Shown here piece by piece: positions 13,243 to 26,841 of a stretch of 45,395 bases of DNA (positions within the stretch are counted from its first letter, which is position 1; each line of letters begins with the position of its first letter). Below the pieces are notes generated by a model that was not told where the DNA came from, did not search any database, and saw only the letters and a list, made by a program, of their open reading frames with translations. Made by a program: the position numbers and the translations under genes. The DNA lies in NCBI GenBank assembly GCA_964304625.1, contig OZ199838.1:17099322-17144716 (forward strand), in the 5' to 3' direction. This DNA is from Kudoa neothunni. Taxonomy: Eukaryota; Animalia; Cnidaria.

Positions 13243-15435
13243 TTATTTTATTTTGTCATAAGTTAAAATTATCAAAAATTCCGACAAAGAAAATGGTGAT
13301 ATTTTAGTTTGTGATTGTTTCTATTCATTACAGAAGTAAGTGAAGTCGAATATTTCCGCAACAAAAAAGGTGACAATTTTTCAGGTAATATTTGTTTAAG
13401 AGTTTCCTGGTGGTAAAAAAACCATTCAAATTATCGTTGTTTTTTATTATATAAACAGAAATTACAGACCGAGCGGTAATAATTGATAAGTCATTCGATA
13501 AAAAAACAAGAAATGAAATATTGGAAGATGACTGTAATGCCAATTTACTTAATATCTCTTGTATAGAGCACGTATCAACATAAAACGATATTAATCGTAA
13601 CTTATTACATGTTCAAAATGAGATAATATCTAATAGGTCTTATTCTTCCCAATAAGGTAAAATCAGTAGGAAGACCTAGGGGAAAAAGATTAATAGCCAT
13701 AGGCCTACCAAAAAAAAGAAAACAATAATCGAATGTTTCCAAGTAAGCAATAACGAAAATTTATCATTTTATTCCATTAAGTATACTTTTTCGGAAGTCA
13801 AATATTTTTATTTTTCTCATTGTGACAAAAATTCTGATGTATAAAACAAGGTGGTCATTGCCTGCGCGCCCAACCGATGAATAATGGCGGACGTCCATTT
13901 TTTATATATTATGAAAATACTGGTTATAATTAATTTTAAAAGATTATATATGTTTATAATAGCTTATAATTTGTTATTTTAAAAATTCCATTCTATTTAA
14001 TGGGGTTATCATGATGATAAACATATGTTTTATGTTTTTATAGAAAATTTTGTAGGAAAAAAATCAATAAATAAGTTGGCGAAATGTGATTATAAACTGA
14101 GAAGCGGTTATGGAGATATCGATTACCGTGCCAATAGCCACTGCCATAAAAAAAATTCAGATATAATTAAAATTACTTTGAAGAACAAGAGATTCTCTTT
14201 TATAATTGATGAAAGTCCTGATTTTAAAAATAGACCGTTATTCAACTTATTGGTTTGTTTTTTTGATCCGGAGATTAATGATAGGTCCATATTGATGATC
14301 GATTCGAAAGTCCTCACTCAATGTAACTCTGTCATTGTTGCCGACGTAATTTCCGAGGCACTTAAGAAGAATGAATTATCTTGGCAAAACTGTATGGCCA
14401 TCGTATCGGACTCCTCTTCATGTGTGAAGAAATATTATAAGAATATGAACATACTTCACGATCATATCTTAAGAATTCCATGTGTTTCCAATCTAATTCA
14501 CGGTGCGATTCGAAAAGCGGCGGATGAGGAATTTTTAAACATAAAAAAATTATGCATAAATTTTTCGACTTTGTTATCTAAAAATAGGTCAGAAAAAAGC
14601 TCGTTTTTACGGATACTCGAGGGAAAAAACATTAGATATTAATAAGAAATCCCACGCGTTATCGACGTTCGTTGGTATAGTCGATACAACTGTATCCAAT
14701 GTTGCCTAAATTACTTCGAAGGTATAAAGGAGTATCTTTTGAGTGAAAAAAGCGACGCGATCTCAAAATCGTCAGAGTTCATTGAGCTATCTACTGAGGA
14801 AATAGAAGAACTATCAATTCACTTCAGATTCATATTGAACGTCTCTCTCCGTTGTACGATTTCTCTATCAACGTTGAATCGGATTCTTCCATGGGTTTGT
14901 CTAAATTATACGGTTGGATACAATCAAATTACAATATAAACGAAATCGATTTATTAAATAATTTGAAGGAAAGTATGTCAACATTCTCAAATGATAAAAA
15001 AGTTAGAATAATAAATAAATTGACAAGTTTTGTCAATGTTCTAATTTACACCTATCCAACTTGGTAAATAAACAAATAAAAGGATGTTTTCCATCGGATG
15101 ATCTTTTAAAATAGATGAAAAACATTCATATCACTCAACATAAGAACATTAAAGAAATTGATCCAAGGGATTTTTTCAAATTTGTTAGCGTCGAGCAAAG
15201 AGTAACTTGCAACAAGAGTTGTTCGAATTTTCCCTCCGTACAAGTGATACGGTGATTGGTTCTGGATTTTGGGGAAAAACGAACCAAGGTATCCTGTATT
15301 GTCTAGGACACGGGTCTCCAAACTTTTTTTTGTCGACCCCATCGAGAAATGTTCTTAAAAATACCAGTATTTGCAACTTTTCTATTAAAAAAAATAAAAA
15401 TATCTGTAACGTAACCCATTAATAATCTATTTATA

Positions 15436-15460
<25 letters not shown>
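15436..15460. repeat. (TA)n microsatellite
   Basis: Direct inspection. Confidence 0.9.
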
Positions 15461-15467
<7 letters not shown>

Positions 15468-15742
15468 AAATTATACCGCTCGAAAAAGTATCTTTATTAG
15501 CAATGTAACGTTAAAATCTATTAGAAAAATTTCAAATTTGCGAACATTTAGACATATATTTATAATTAAATCATAGCACAAAAAAACAATTATAATAACC
15601 AATTCACCATGAAATAAATGAGAATTTATTGTAATAAATGGGTATTGAAAAGAGTTTAGTGTACCTATTTATTCGAATAGTTACAAAAAATAACTAAGAT
15701 GACAAATGTACAAACCTACATCATGAGATATATTCCTTAAGT

Positions 15743-17542
15743 TTAATGAGAAGGATGCACTTGGTGAGCAGCTACCAGACTCTTAATGTCTGGTTGAAAA
15801 TTTGTTAGTTTCAGCCTCAAATCTCCACGAGTCTCAAGGTTAAGCCGGTTCCTTTGCTTTGTCAAAATTGCGTTCGCATGACTAAAACCGACTTCAATCA
15901 TATAGGAGGATGGGAACGATATTAGATAATATTCAGCCGCGTCAGAAAGCCTGGGATACTTGGTGATAATATTTATATGACTCCAATATTCACTGAGGTT
16001 CATTTTTATAAACAATACTTTAGCTTCTAAATCTATGGACATTTCAATGAGCTCATCTATATCGGATTTACAGCCATTATTATACATTTTCACATTAAAT
16101 TAAGTGATAAGCCACTCAGGAATATTCATGTTCTCCAAATCTTCATATCTTATTTTCAAATCTTCCTTTAGTTTATTAAGATGCTCAATGTATATCCACA
16201 AATCATGATCCGATATATCTTTTGATTCTGTTAATACTTGCATATTTGAAAAATATTTGAACTCTCTACGCGCAATCGAAGATTTAAATAGTTCTACTTT
16301 TGTTTGAAATCCCATAAGTATGGTTCGAGCTTGAATAATAGTAACTCCTTTTCCTTGCAGACGTTTTTGTATTTCATTAAATTTAGAGTATAAGTCAGCT
16401 AAATAGAACAGATGATTTTTGGTTGATTACAACTCGCGGCATAATATTGGGTCGATTTCAGTTAGAAATTCTTTGATTGAGTCATACAAATCAACGAACC
16501 TTTGCAAACTATCCCCTCTAGACAACCATCTTATTTCAGTGTGCAAAAGCAATTGATTGTAAGTTTCATCATTTGTTTCACACAACCTTGAAAACAGTCT
16601 GGCATTTAGCGAGCCAGCTTTAATCCTGTTGATTACTCTAATACACACTTTTAAAGCATCATGTAATTCACCGCTCAGCTTCTTCGCTACAAGGTGTTGC
16701 CTATGTAAGACACAATGTACGGTTTTCACTGCAGGTATCTTTTCCTTAATAAAAGCCGAAAATCCTCTATAACGACCTATCATAGCTGGCACACCGTCAG
16801 TAGCCACCGCTAAAATATTTTCAAGGGGAACATTGTGCTTATTCCAATAGCCCACCAAACATGAAAAAATAATCTCACGTTTGGAGTCAATTTCAAGGTA
16901 ACTAGCAAATAGGAATTCATCAATAGTAACTCCAAGGGATGGACTATTAAACCTCACATAAGCCATTAGAATATTTGAACTTCCAAATGTTGATTCGCCG
17001 AGTTGAATGGCAAATTTACATATCTTGAGCTCAGATATTCATGTTCTTTCTACATCGTTTGCCATTTCCTCAATGTATCGCCGAACAGAATTTGCGCTCA
17101 ATGGTATGCATTTAAGAAATGGAAGAGGGTCTTTCTTTAAAACACATTCAATCGCATCTTTAATTGCATGTACTATAATACCTTCACCAATAATATATGG
17201 TTTCCCTTTTTTTGCTATATTAAGAGAGATACTGTACGATGCCTCTAGCCCTCCTTCATTATCAACACTAGTAGTGGGTTTAAAACGAGAATTCATGTTT
17301 AGCTGAACTTTCCATTTATCTTTAAGTATTTTGAAAAATTCAACGTCCTTATCTTTTTTCTCAGGATGGATTATCTCTAAGTGATCTTTCATTTTAGACG
17401 GTTTCATGGCATCATTGCTTAATTTTTTTCTACATAAAAGACATATGGGGATGGTTTCATTATCGCAGAACTGTACAAAACCATATTTCAAATATTCCAT
17501 GGAATATTGTCCGCTATTTCTCTTTCTAACTGTTGGAATCAT
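15743..17542 (-). pseudogene. Buster-family (ZBED5/SCAND3-like) transposase with stops and frameshifts
   Basis: YSMEYLKYGF..CLLC..SNDAMKPSKMKDH (BED-like), ATDGVPAMIG, HCVLHRQHL, HTEIRWLSRG, FPSSYMIEVGFS, KQRNRL, HPSH*. Confidence 0.92.
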
Positions 17543-19749
17543 TATGAATATTATCTGTCGAAAAATAGAAGAAATGTGCCAAACAATAGCTCAGATATTA
17601 CGCGAGGTTTAACAAGTATATATTCGCGCAATTGTACAATTACGCCACAGGCATACTGACGCCTATTTATGTGACTGTCCTAAATCCCCTTCTCGTTAAT
17701 AATGCGGAAAATGTCGTCATTTCAGAATTAAAATCCATGATATTTTAAACTAGAGAAACCTATGATTTGACTTCTGTTAGGGAAATTGCTATTTTCGCTT
17801 ACTAAGATATTCGGGGAGATGTAGTTTGGACTATAATTAATTATATTTGACTATTGTAGGCAAAAAATCAAACAAAAATAAAGGATGGCAGCATTTTCAA
17901 AGAAACTAATTTTATATGTTGGCTATTAATAGGAATTGTTAGGATTCAAAATAGCGAACATTATTGCTAAGTTCTAATTTATAATTAAGATTTCCCACAA
18001 TAAAAACATTTTCTCTATATTGTTGAAAGCTGATTAGCTGACCTTACCTTAAAATGATTACAAACATTTAAATGTATAAACCACCTGGTCGTGGTTTAGG
18101 TGTATACTTTTGTCTCAATTCAAAACCAAATTGATAAAATGTTTGGGGCATCCTCAGTTATATATATTCATGACTCATTATCCAGAGCTACGGTATCGAT
18201 TACGCCCAGATACCATTATGATTAAGCATCTCTAGGGTGTTCATTAGTTACTGGAAACCTATTAAATGTGGAACTAGTATGCTGAATCATAATATTAAGC
18301 TTAGTACCAATCGGCAACTTCAATAGTTTTTTCCTAACTATTTTACTATTAACAAAAACGAAATGTATCACAATGAATCTGTTTCATCATAAATCATACT
18401 TAATAGGTCTCTGGAATTAGGTCGCTTGTAAGTGATTATGGTTATAAACTTTTGCAAGATATACAAGTACAACGGAATATTTTAAGAACAAATTGCATCG
18501 TATATAGCATGATTATTATTTGTTCATACCCGTCTCTAAAACCTAATAAGAATATCTTATTCTTTATTTTAAGATAATGTTCCGTAGTTTGAGGTCGCAC
18601 GAAGGGTTTTTTAGGTGCCAACAGGCGGTGAAACAACAATTGCAAATTATTATAATTATTTTCGGAGCTTTCGTAATTTTAATTCAAATCAATTCTAAAT
18701 ATAAGACCTATCATTCTTAGTCACTTAAGAACATAATGCTAACTATCGTTATTCTTGTATATATTGTCGATATCAATTAATATTAATGTTCATTTAATTT
18801 TAAGAAAGATAATTTTAATGTGTTGGTTAATTTTTTATGAGTTATCAAGAGTGTCTACATTAATTAAAAAAATTAAATTACTCAACTACGACAATTGGAG
18901 ATTGATTTTAATCTCGAAAATATAAACAAAAAATAAATATCTGGGCTAGTCGTTAATTGATTTTATTTAAAAATGTAGTATGGAGTAGAAAAATGGGAAG
19001 CATTACTTTAAACCCAGAAAATATAATGCATTCTCTATAACACGCATCGACCCTCATTCGACCTCTAACGTAATTATCGACCACTTTGGAAACCCCTGGT
19101 CTAAGATATGCCAAGATTTGGTCCATATACCTCTGTCATCGATAACCGCGGAAAGAAGCATCTCAAAGCCGAAGCATCTATTCACAAATAATAGAAGTAG
19201 TCTGATGAATGAGCGAATGATAATATTGTCAACATCATACTTTAATGGAAAACTATATAAATAATATTATATTTTTGGATTTTCGGTTTCATATTTCTTT
19301 TTATCCTATTGATATTGGTTTTACAACAAAATACCACGCGAAAGCGCCAAGTTTAAAAATAGTCGTCGAAAATTACATGCCCTACTTATTATTATAAGAC
19401 TTTAAGATGGAACTGCACTTTAGACAACGATAAAATAATGACACACGACGAAAAGTGTGCAATAACCGTTGTTGACTGTACTCCCAGATTACCCAACATT
19501 TGAACTAAGAATAATTTAATATTTCTGTAAATTAATTTTAATATGGCCCGCATTAAAGTTAGGGCATGTTTGTTTGGTACGACACTGAAAAAGGTTGCCA
19601 ACCTCTGCTAGAGAATCTTGTTGGGGTCGGCTCAATCTTAAGATCCTCAAAATTTCGATAGATTCCTGCCTGAAGAATGGTTCCGACCTATGATGGGAAG
19701 GAAACTCAGTTTATTTAATAACTATTTGAATATTATAAAAAATTATTAC

Positions 19750-19951
19750 TGTTATAGTTTGGGATTAAAGCCGCGCAAAAGAAAGAGAACTGGAATAAAA
19801 TAGACTAAAGGTAGTGATGGTATTCCTCCCAGTTTAGTCGTGTCTATGTATATCTCTGTAGCGTGGGCCCCGCGTCGGTCTCCACCGGGTCGCCCACCCG
19901 GGAACGACTTCCCTCTTTATTGTGAAGGATCGTGATTCTCGGATTATGACA
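19750..19951. mobile_element. Solo LTR (202 bp)
   Basis: TGT...ACA ends with an imperfect 15-bp terminal inverted repeat (tgttatagtttggga / tctcggattatgaca); perfect 5-bp TSD ATTAC at 19745-19749 and 19952-19956; GC-rich core. Confidence 0.8.
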
Positions 19952-20042
19952 ATTACCAAACTGAATAAACCGTCTGATTGTTTGCGAAACAAAAACATAA
20001 TAAATGTCAAAACTTGATTGGAATAATTTTCTAAATCTAGCG

Positions 20043-20064
20043 TATATATATATATATATATATA
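20043..20064. repeat. (TA)n microsatellite
   Basis: Direct inspection. Confidence 0.9.
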
Positions 20065-21559
20065 GGGATATTAATGATTTTAAATGTGACGTGTAAAATC
20101 AGCTTCACCAAATAAGCCCTTTGTAAATGAATATGCTATGAAACAATGAGTGTTAAAATATAATTATAAAAGAATAAACAACATTCAAATCATTAAACTT
20201 CTAAAATATTGTAATAGAATATACGATTCTATAAGCCTTATATTAACTGATTTAGTTACGCCTAAGGTGTATTTTTGAACGTTTTGTGAAAAAGATATAT
20301 TATTGTTAAAATGATTTTTAACTTTATGCATAAACAAGAAACATTTTGAGTAGATAGGAAAAGAAATTGCTACAAGATTTAAAAATTCTTAGTTAAAATA
20401 AAATATGTTTAGCTCATTTCGTAAAATGTAAAATATTAGCTACTTTTTGGTAGAAAATTGTCTATAAAAAAATTTTAAACTAAAAAAACAAAAATTCTTT
20501 CGTAACATTACTTATAAACTTTGATTTTTTCATTTTAAATCTGTGTATTGTGAAAATTTCCAAAATAAATGATTCAATTTTTAATTGATTAAATCGACAA
20601 ATAAGTAGATTCCACTTATTTTAAAAATCATTTTTCAATAATTAAAGAGGATAACATCACAAAAAGAGTAATTTAAATTGGTTAAAACAATAAAACAATA
20701 TCTAAAGTAGTATCATAAAGGAGATTAATACAACATACAAAGGATTATGACGACGAGTTTAGGAAACATTAGAAACAAAAAAAATTGATTTATATTTGTA
20801 TGCTGCAACTTTTTAGAGTGAATAAACTTAATCTACGAAAAAATCACATCATGCCGAATTTTGGTAGCCGGTAAGTACACCACTATCAATTAGTAATCCT
20901 GCATTTTCAATCAAAAATCTAGAATTGGGTTTCTTAATACAATGAATTTTAAGTAATTATCATAGCACAAATTTGAAGAATTTAAATTATATTAGATGAT
21001 AATCACAAAAATTATTTAACTCGTTTAACTCTCTTTACGACATACAGAATTCCAACTCTTTTATAAAAACGTAAAGCATGATCTTTTACTTCTATAAAAC
21101 TTTAGAATTTTTTAAGTTCCTTGTATATATAGTTTTTTATCCTCATTATAAAATTTTAACGTTTTAAAAAGCTTTTACGCGGATTCCACATAATCATTTA
21201 TTTTCTTTCTTTTATTGTGGTGCAGTTACTATTTAATATAAATATACTAAAAAAATATGATTGATTCCAAATTCATATTTTAAAACTAATTAAGAAATTT
21301 TTTTATGAACAACTAGCGCGAACTGCCCAGCGTTGCTTGGGGAAGATTTTGTCTAGAGGCATTTTTTAATAGCATTCAAAAAATATATTGAAATCTCGAA
21401 TTAACCCGTAGAAACAAAATAACTAAAAATTTCTAAGCAACTTAGAAATTTCGATTTGGATCATGCAATTTAAATTATGATAATTTCTGTGAAGGAACGT
21501 ATCAATCCCTGCGTCCATTTAAAAATTTCGTGGCTCGGCATCAACGCTAAACAAGTTAA

Positions 21560-23967
21560 TCCTTTCATGCCTGAAAATCAAGTTGTAATAATTTATTTTT
21601 TTTAAAAGCAGAAAAATATTTATATTTTTAGTAGTAACAACATATATAAAAATTTCGGAAATATTTTATTAGGAACCATATCTAATTACATGTTGCCATA
21701 TGGCAACATTCGGAGACACCTTAATCCCCAAAACAATAATGCGCAAGCGCAGTTGGTAGGAAGACCTCTTTGCACTCAAAATTACACACATTTGACACAT
21801 TTAATAACAAAAAATATTTCTAATTTTGTTTGTGGAAATTTAAATAACAATTTCTTTTGATATTTAAGCACAGATGAATTTTATATTTCATGCGTATAGT
21901 TCTAGAGTGCATTCCGCACAATTTACAACTAGCTTTCGTTGATGTACATGAAGGGAAGTAGGAAATTTCGTCAAAACGCACAATGGCACTTACTTTTGAT
22001 TCTGGTAGATTATAGATACTACTAGACATAGGGATCGAGATAATAATGATACCTCATGTGGATGGCCTCCCTCTTTTACTCGCAACACTTACCATTTGAT
22101 TCTCATGCATCAATCATTCGCTTACCGAAACATTGAAATCTAACAAACACAAGCTTTTCTTTGTTGAGATTTCATGTAAAGAACATTGACGTTTATACGA
22201 GAGCCATCTGTTAAGGATGCATTGGTTTATCGCCCACAAGAAGATTCTCTGGTACCACTTTTTGGACTTATGGTCAAGTCTATACAGAACCATTAGCATA
22301 TCGAAAAAGTCTACATCGCCCATATTTTGGTTGTACATTTTAATTATATTGGGGCAGTCAATTTTTATAACCTTTTTTGCCATTCGATCATATCTATCAA
22401 TAGAGCTCAAGGGGAAAATAGAGTGAGCCGTTGATGTCATTGTTACAGCTGATCCATCTAACCAACGTACAATGTTGGTTTTATAACAACCGTCAAGATG
22501 TAAAGCATATTCATAACTTCCTCTTTTTAACTTCTTGAATGTCTTATCATCATCAACTGGACAATTTCTAAGACGATTCGATTTTTTTGTACCGATTGAA
22601 TGATGGCCCATCTTCAGCAGAATCGAGTGTAATGATAACGTGGAAAAATAATTATCATAATAAAAATGATGCTTTCTTCCATTCTTTATGGATCCTGCTG
22701 ATTTTAATACGATTTCAGAGGATCGAAAACCAGAACTTTCACCATCATATATAAAATCCCCATCTTCAAAAAAGAAGTCGTGCACTATACCATCAAAGCC
22801 ATTTCTAGTGAAAATCTTGAAGCCCCATTTTGTAGGTGTCAAAGGCAAATATCTCTTGAGACCAGACTTACCTTTAAATGGAACCATCTGCTCATCCACA
22901 CACTGGTTGTATTCAGGTTCAATTTTTAGGCATTCTTCCCTTATCATATATCATATCTAGCAAGGGTCTCACTTTAAAGAAACGGTCGTGATCTTTACTG
23001 GTTCTAGAAGTCGCTAGTTTATTATTATCGCAAAAATGTATATATCTTTGGATGAACTCAAATCGATCTCAGGGCATTTTTTCGGATATTGAACTACAAT
23101 TGAGTTCACTACACCAATAGTTTCTTACCCGTGGTAATTTGATTATTGACACACGTATAAGCATCCCAACATATAATTTTATTTCGTTTGTTGTGGTTCT
23201 AAAATTTGAATTGTTCTCTATGGCATAATTATTAGTTTCTTTGCATATGAGCTCGAACAATTCATCTGTAAAGAATCTGTTGAAATATAAATAAAGATCC
23301 AAAATTGGTTCCATTATAAATTTCGCGCTTGATAATAAACTTTCTTCGATTATATGTGATACGTTTTTTACGTAATTAGGATGATCACTATTGTATTCTT
23401 CTTTATCAGTGCTGGCGCCTGAAAACGAATCACATTGTATGTTGTTGCTTTCATCATCAGATATATTCTCGGCGTCAGATTTATCAGCATCCGGGAGTAA
23501 TATTGATTCCTCAACAATTTTACCATCAACATTTATCTTTTTCACTAAATCTGCATCCATCACAATGTTAATCCTGAAAAACGGCACGTGTGCCAAATGT
23601 TGCCATATGGCAACAAGCGTTAAGCTAATACTCCAAACTAGAGTTCTTTAAGATTATATGATCTATACAAATTTTTGTAGAAAAAATTCACCAATTTATA
23701 CTATATATTTTTTTTATGCAGTTAAAATAATTATTAGGGTGTAAATTTAGTGCCATAAAATGACCTTTTTATTGTTTGAAAAATTTCAATTTATGACGTA
23801 TTTTTACTAACTAAGGAATTTTAAAAATTATCTAATTTAGCGTTTGATAAAAGAATAAAGATTAATTTAACTTTTTTTTGAATGCTTTAGTTGTTAAATA
23901 TAATACTCATTGAGAAATTATAAAAACAATCCGATGTTGCCATATGGCAACATTCGGCGTGAAAGGG
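21560..23967 (-). mobile_element. piggyBac transposon
   Basis: TTAA duplicated at 21556-21559 and 23968-23971; TIRs tcctttcatgcc / ggcgtgaaaggg; Helitron copy B shows the empty single-TTAA site. Confidence 0.93.
21820..23560 (-). pseudogene. piggyBac transposase (PGBD2/3-like), frameshifted
   Basis: DDD triad contexts CVDEQMVPFKG, YYDNYF, MGDVDFFD; PTKWGFK; C-terminal Cys-rich CKLC..IHLCLN..CYLNFH; acidic N-terminus. Confidence 0.92.
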
Positions 23968-26841
23968 TTAAGGTCAGCGTTGTATTTTTTTCATTCCGAA
24001 TTATTTAAATCCCGTTAAAGTGTTATCTAAAACGTTATTTTTTGGCCCGGAGGATTTTTAAAAGTCGAATTCTGGTCCGGCTCGGTAACTGTGTGCACCA
24101 CTAACTTTTTAAGATATAAAAAAATAGAAAAAATATGAAAATTAATCGATATTGCTAAAATTAGCATCGTTTAGCTCGGCATAAACATACATGCGCTTTA
24201 TCATAAACAGCCACAAATTGCGTCGATTTCAACATAAACAATTTAAATAATTTTGTGAAATAAAAGTACAACCATCCGCATTGAATTTAATCACGTAAAG
24301 TAAAACTTATCGGACAATTTAATGAAACCTATGAACGCAGTATTTCCATTATAACGCTTCAATCAATGTAACATTAACGTTTTCCACGAATTCGTTATTT
24401 ATGAAACATATATAGATTTTTTACCACATTGAAAACCATTAATAGAACTTATAAAATATACTTATCAAGTCATATACGTTAAAACTCCGCAAATAAGGAG
24501 TGTGTTTAAACAGACACCCAAATAGAAACGCCAACCTTATATATAAAGATAGATAGGAGCAGTTAATTAACATATGATGGAGTATATAAGGAAGATAGTT
24601 AACTTCAACCGACCACAACCATGAAATAAGCAAGTGCTAATCCTACTATAGTTGAACTCATTTAATCCGAAAAACAAACTTTAAATCGACAAAATCACTA
24701 TTTCATAAATACTTTTGGGAAACTTTAGTAGTCCGAAAACAATTAAACGGTTTTTTAAATATCACAAATTTATAAAAATTTTATATATGGCCCTCTATAA
24801 GGAAAAAATTGGCCGCGCGTGCGTACTTAGGGCATACACACACTGACACACACACAAACATACCGACAGTCCTCTTTTATATATATAAAGGATAAATGAA
24901 TTTGTTGGCGTTACCCTAGTATCGAATCGAACATTTACAATATAGCCCAGTAGGCACAAATAGTATTAATATGTATAATAATGCCAACGATTGTTCACGA
25001 TTCGTAAAATATCTATTTTTTTGTTTAATAATTTTTAGGGTAATTTCTTTACCACTCAATATTTGAAAAATGTATAAAATTAAACTGTATATAAATCGGG
25101 TATCTAGAGCATGCGCAACCACGTTAAATTTTACTGTCACATACTCCCAGATTACCAAATTTTGTATATATAAGTTTTTATTTTTACATGATAAAGTTTT
25201 AAAAATTATTTAAATTCATAATATTAAATAACAAAGTGGGATCTAGTAGAACCAAAAAACACTAAGTGTATAATCGATTTTGAAGCGCTCGGAAGGTGTC
25301 GCGCTAATCCTCTTATGCTATTATTCTCGACAGTTATCAGATGACGTCGCCATTGCGGACTAATTGTTTGTTTGTGAGTTGTGTTTGTCTAGCGCATTAC
25401 AGAAGGTTAATGAAATTTGAGACAATTCATAATTCTCGAGTTTAATAAGTACAATGCAATCGTTGAATTTAACCCTGCCCAGTCCAATCGGGATCTCTCG
25501 TTATTCCATTTTATGTAAATCTTATTTTTAAAAGTGAAAACCTCATGAATTTCCATCGATAATTCACTTTAATATTAGAAAATATATTCGTATACTATAT
25601 AAATTCAAGCTTTAGAAAAAAATGAGAATTTATCCCAGAAAAAATGCCTGTATAATTGAGCACATGTTCTCCATACGTCCCCATACTTCATCTTTAAAAT
25701 ATGTATTAAAATTATCAAAAGACAAAAATAAACGACGAAATATTATCTCCAGTAATATATATCAAACCTTAAAGAAATACTCTAATTGTAGGTTGTCCTT
25801 TTTCCACTAGAGGGATTACGATGACGTCACAAGATTAAATTAAGATTTATCGACTACATTGGTTTTTGATGTTAGAGATTAACAAAGTATATTATTTAAT
25901 TTTTGGTTATCAATTTAAGAAGAAATTTATAATTAAGAATGCCCCTTGATAACAATATCAATAATTCTAAGCTAAACTGCAGTGTTATTGTACCAACTTC
26001 GAGGGGGAAGAGCATCCTAACTTATCGATGAATATTTGCGCTAGACTTTCAAAGGTCATTATCAGTCACATTAAAAATATAGTTTCGAGTTATTTAATAA
26101 AGGTACTGATATAGGCGAAACGCTCATTTCACGGAAAGCATTGGTCCATTGAGAAGATCACGATGTGTATTTTGTTCACGAAATATTGCTTGAAAAACTA
26201 ATATGTGGTGTTATAACTACAAAAGATCTATTTGCTCATCTCACAGATTAAAAAAAAGTTTTATATTGTCAGACATGTAATTTAGAATCCGATTGATGTA
26301 ATCCTTGAACAAGCTTTTCTCTCTTTAGGAAACCTCGGAATCAATGTAATTTGTTTTTAAATAAACATATTGTGAATTTTCGTATTTAATTTTTTATTTG
26401 AATGTATAAACATACTAAAATACTTACAACCGTTACCCAGACTAAACCTTACATTCAATTTTGTGATTAGCGATTTTTCCCGGGAATTATGCCTGATTTC
26501 TTGTATGGTCGCTTGTGTGCATTTCTTAACTATACTTGATTGAATGCCGTTATTGTATTTCCATAAAGATTCAACAATGTAAATATACTAAAACATATAT
26601 TTAATCGAAGAATTGATTAAATTTTTTTCAATTTTATTCTCTCTAAAGCAGACTTCTAAACAGTTAATATAGCTGAGTTATGAGTAATAATTATAATAAT
26701 AACTTTTTGATTCAATTTCGCAATAAAATAAGAAAATAATGATGGGGTCAAAAACGACTCCCATGGGCACATACTGAAGTTTTTGACACACGGTGCTTCG
26801 GCGGTTAAAAGAAAAAATAACAATTAGATATCTTTTATATA

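Larger units (their letters stand above)
8027..14047 (+). mobile_element. Outer MULE/Mutator-like element, internally deleted, ~180-bp TIRs; hosts a hAT and a second MULE
   Basis: 8027-8207 is the reverse complement of 13866-14047. Transposase remnants at 9943-10226 (EIGKKFPTFDSL..YYEIKYV) and ~13250-13728 (KSVGRPRGKRL..GLPKKRKQ*) parallel the inner MULE's termini. No TSD found. Confidence 0.7.
15309..19098 (-). mobile_element. hAT Buster/Charlie-type DNA transposon
   Basis: Ends cacgggtctccaaac and actttggaaacccctg; 8-bp TSD gtctagga/gtctaaga with the central TA typical of Buster/Charlie targets. Confidence 0.9.
14050..19264 (+). pseudogene. Degenerate hAT transposase split by the Buster-type element (coding ~14050-15308 and 19107-19264)
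   Basis: FSFIIDESPD, AIVSDSSS, RIPCVSNLIH, VIDVRWYS. Removing 15309-19106 yields EPRYPVLSKICQDLVHIPLSSITAERSISK..NNRSSL (hAT dimerisation domain). Possible right TIR acatgcccta at 19375-19384. Confidence 0.78.
21313..24892 (-). mobile_element. Non-autonomous Helitron copy A (~1.17 kb), interrupted by a piggyBac
   Basis: On the - strand: 5' A|TCCTTTATATATATAAAAGAGG plus a (TG)n tract; 3' hairpin cccaagcaacgctggg then CTAG|T; no TSD. Colinear with copy B at 42417-43638. Confidence 0.88.

Noticed and set aside
18230-18460. Penelope-like peptide (TIITYKRPNSRDLL) on the minus strand
   Set aside because: A single short motif with no RT or GIY-YIG motifs nearby.
19670-19712. Penelope-type hammerhead (CTGAAGA...GAAAC)
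   Set aside because: Helix II does not close next to the core, there is no helix I pairing, and no supporting Penelope ORF or repeat.
26740-26808. piggyBac-MITE-like right end (ggggtcaaaaacgactccc...gcggttaa)
   Set aside because: No matching left terminus found, so boundaries cannot be supported.
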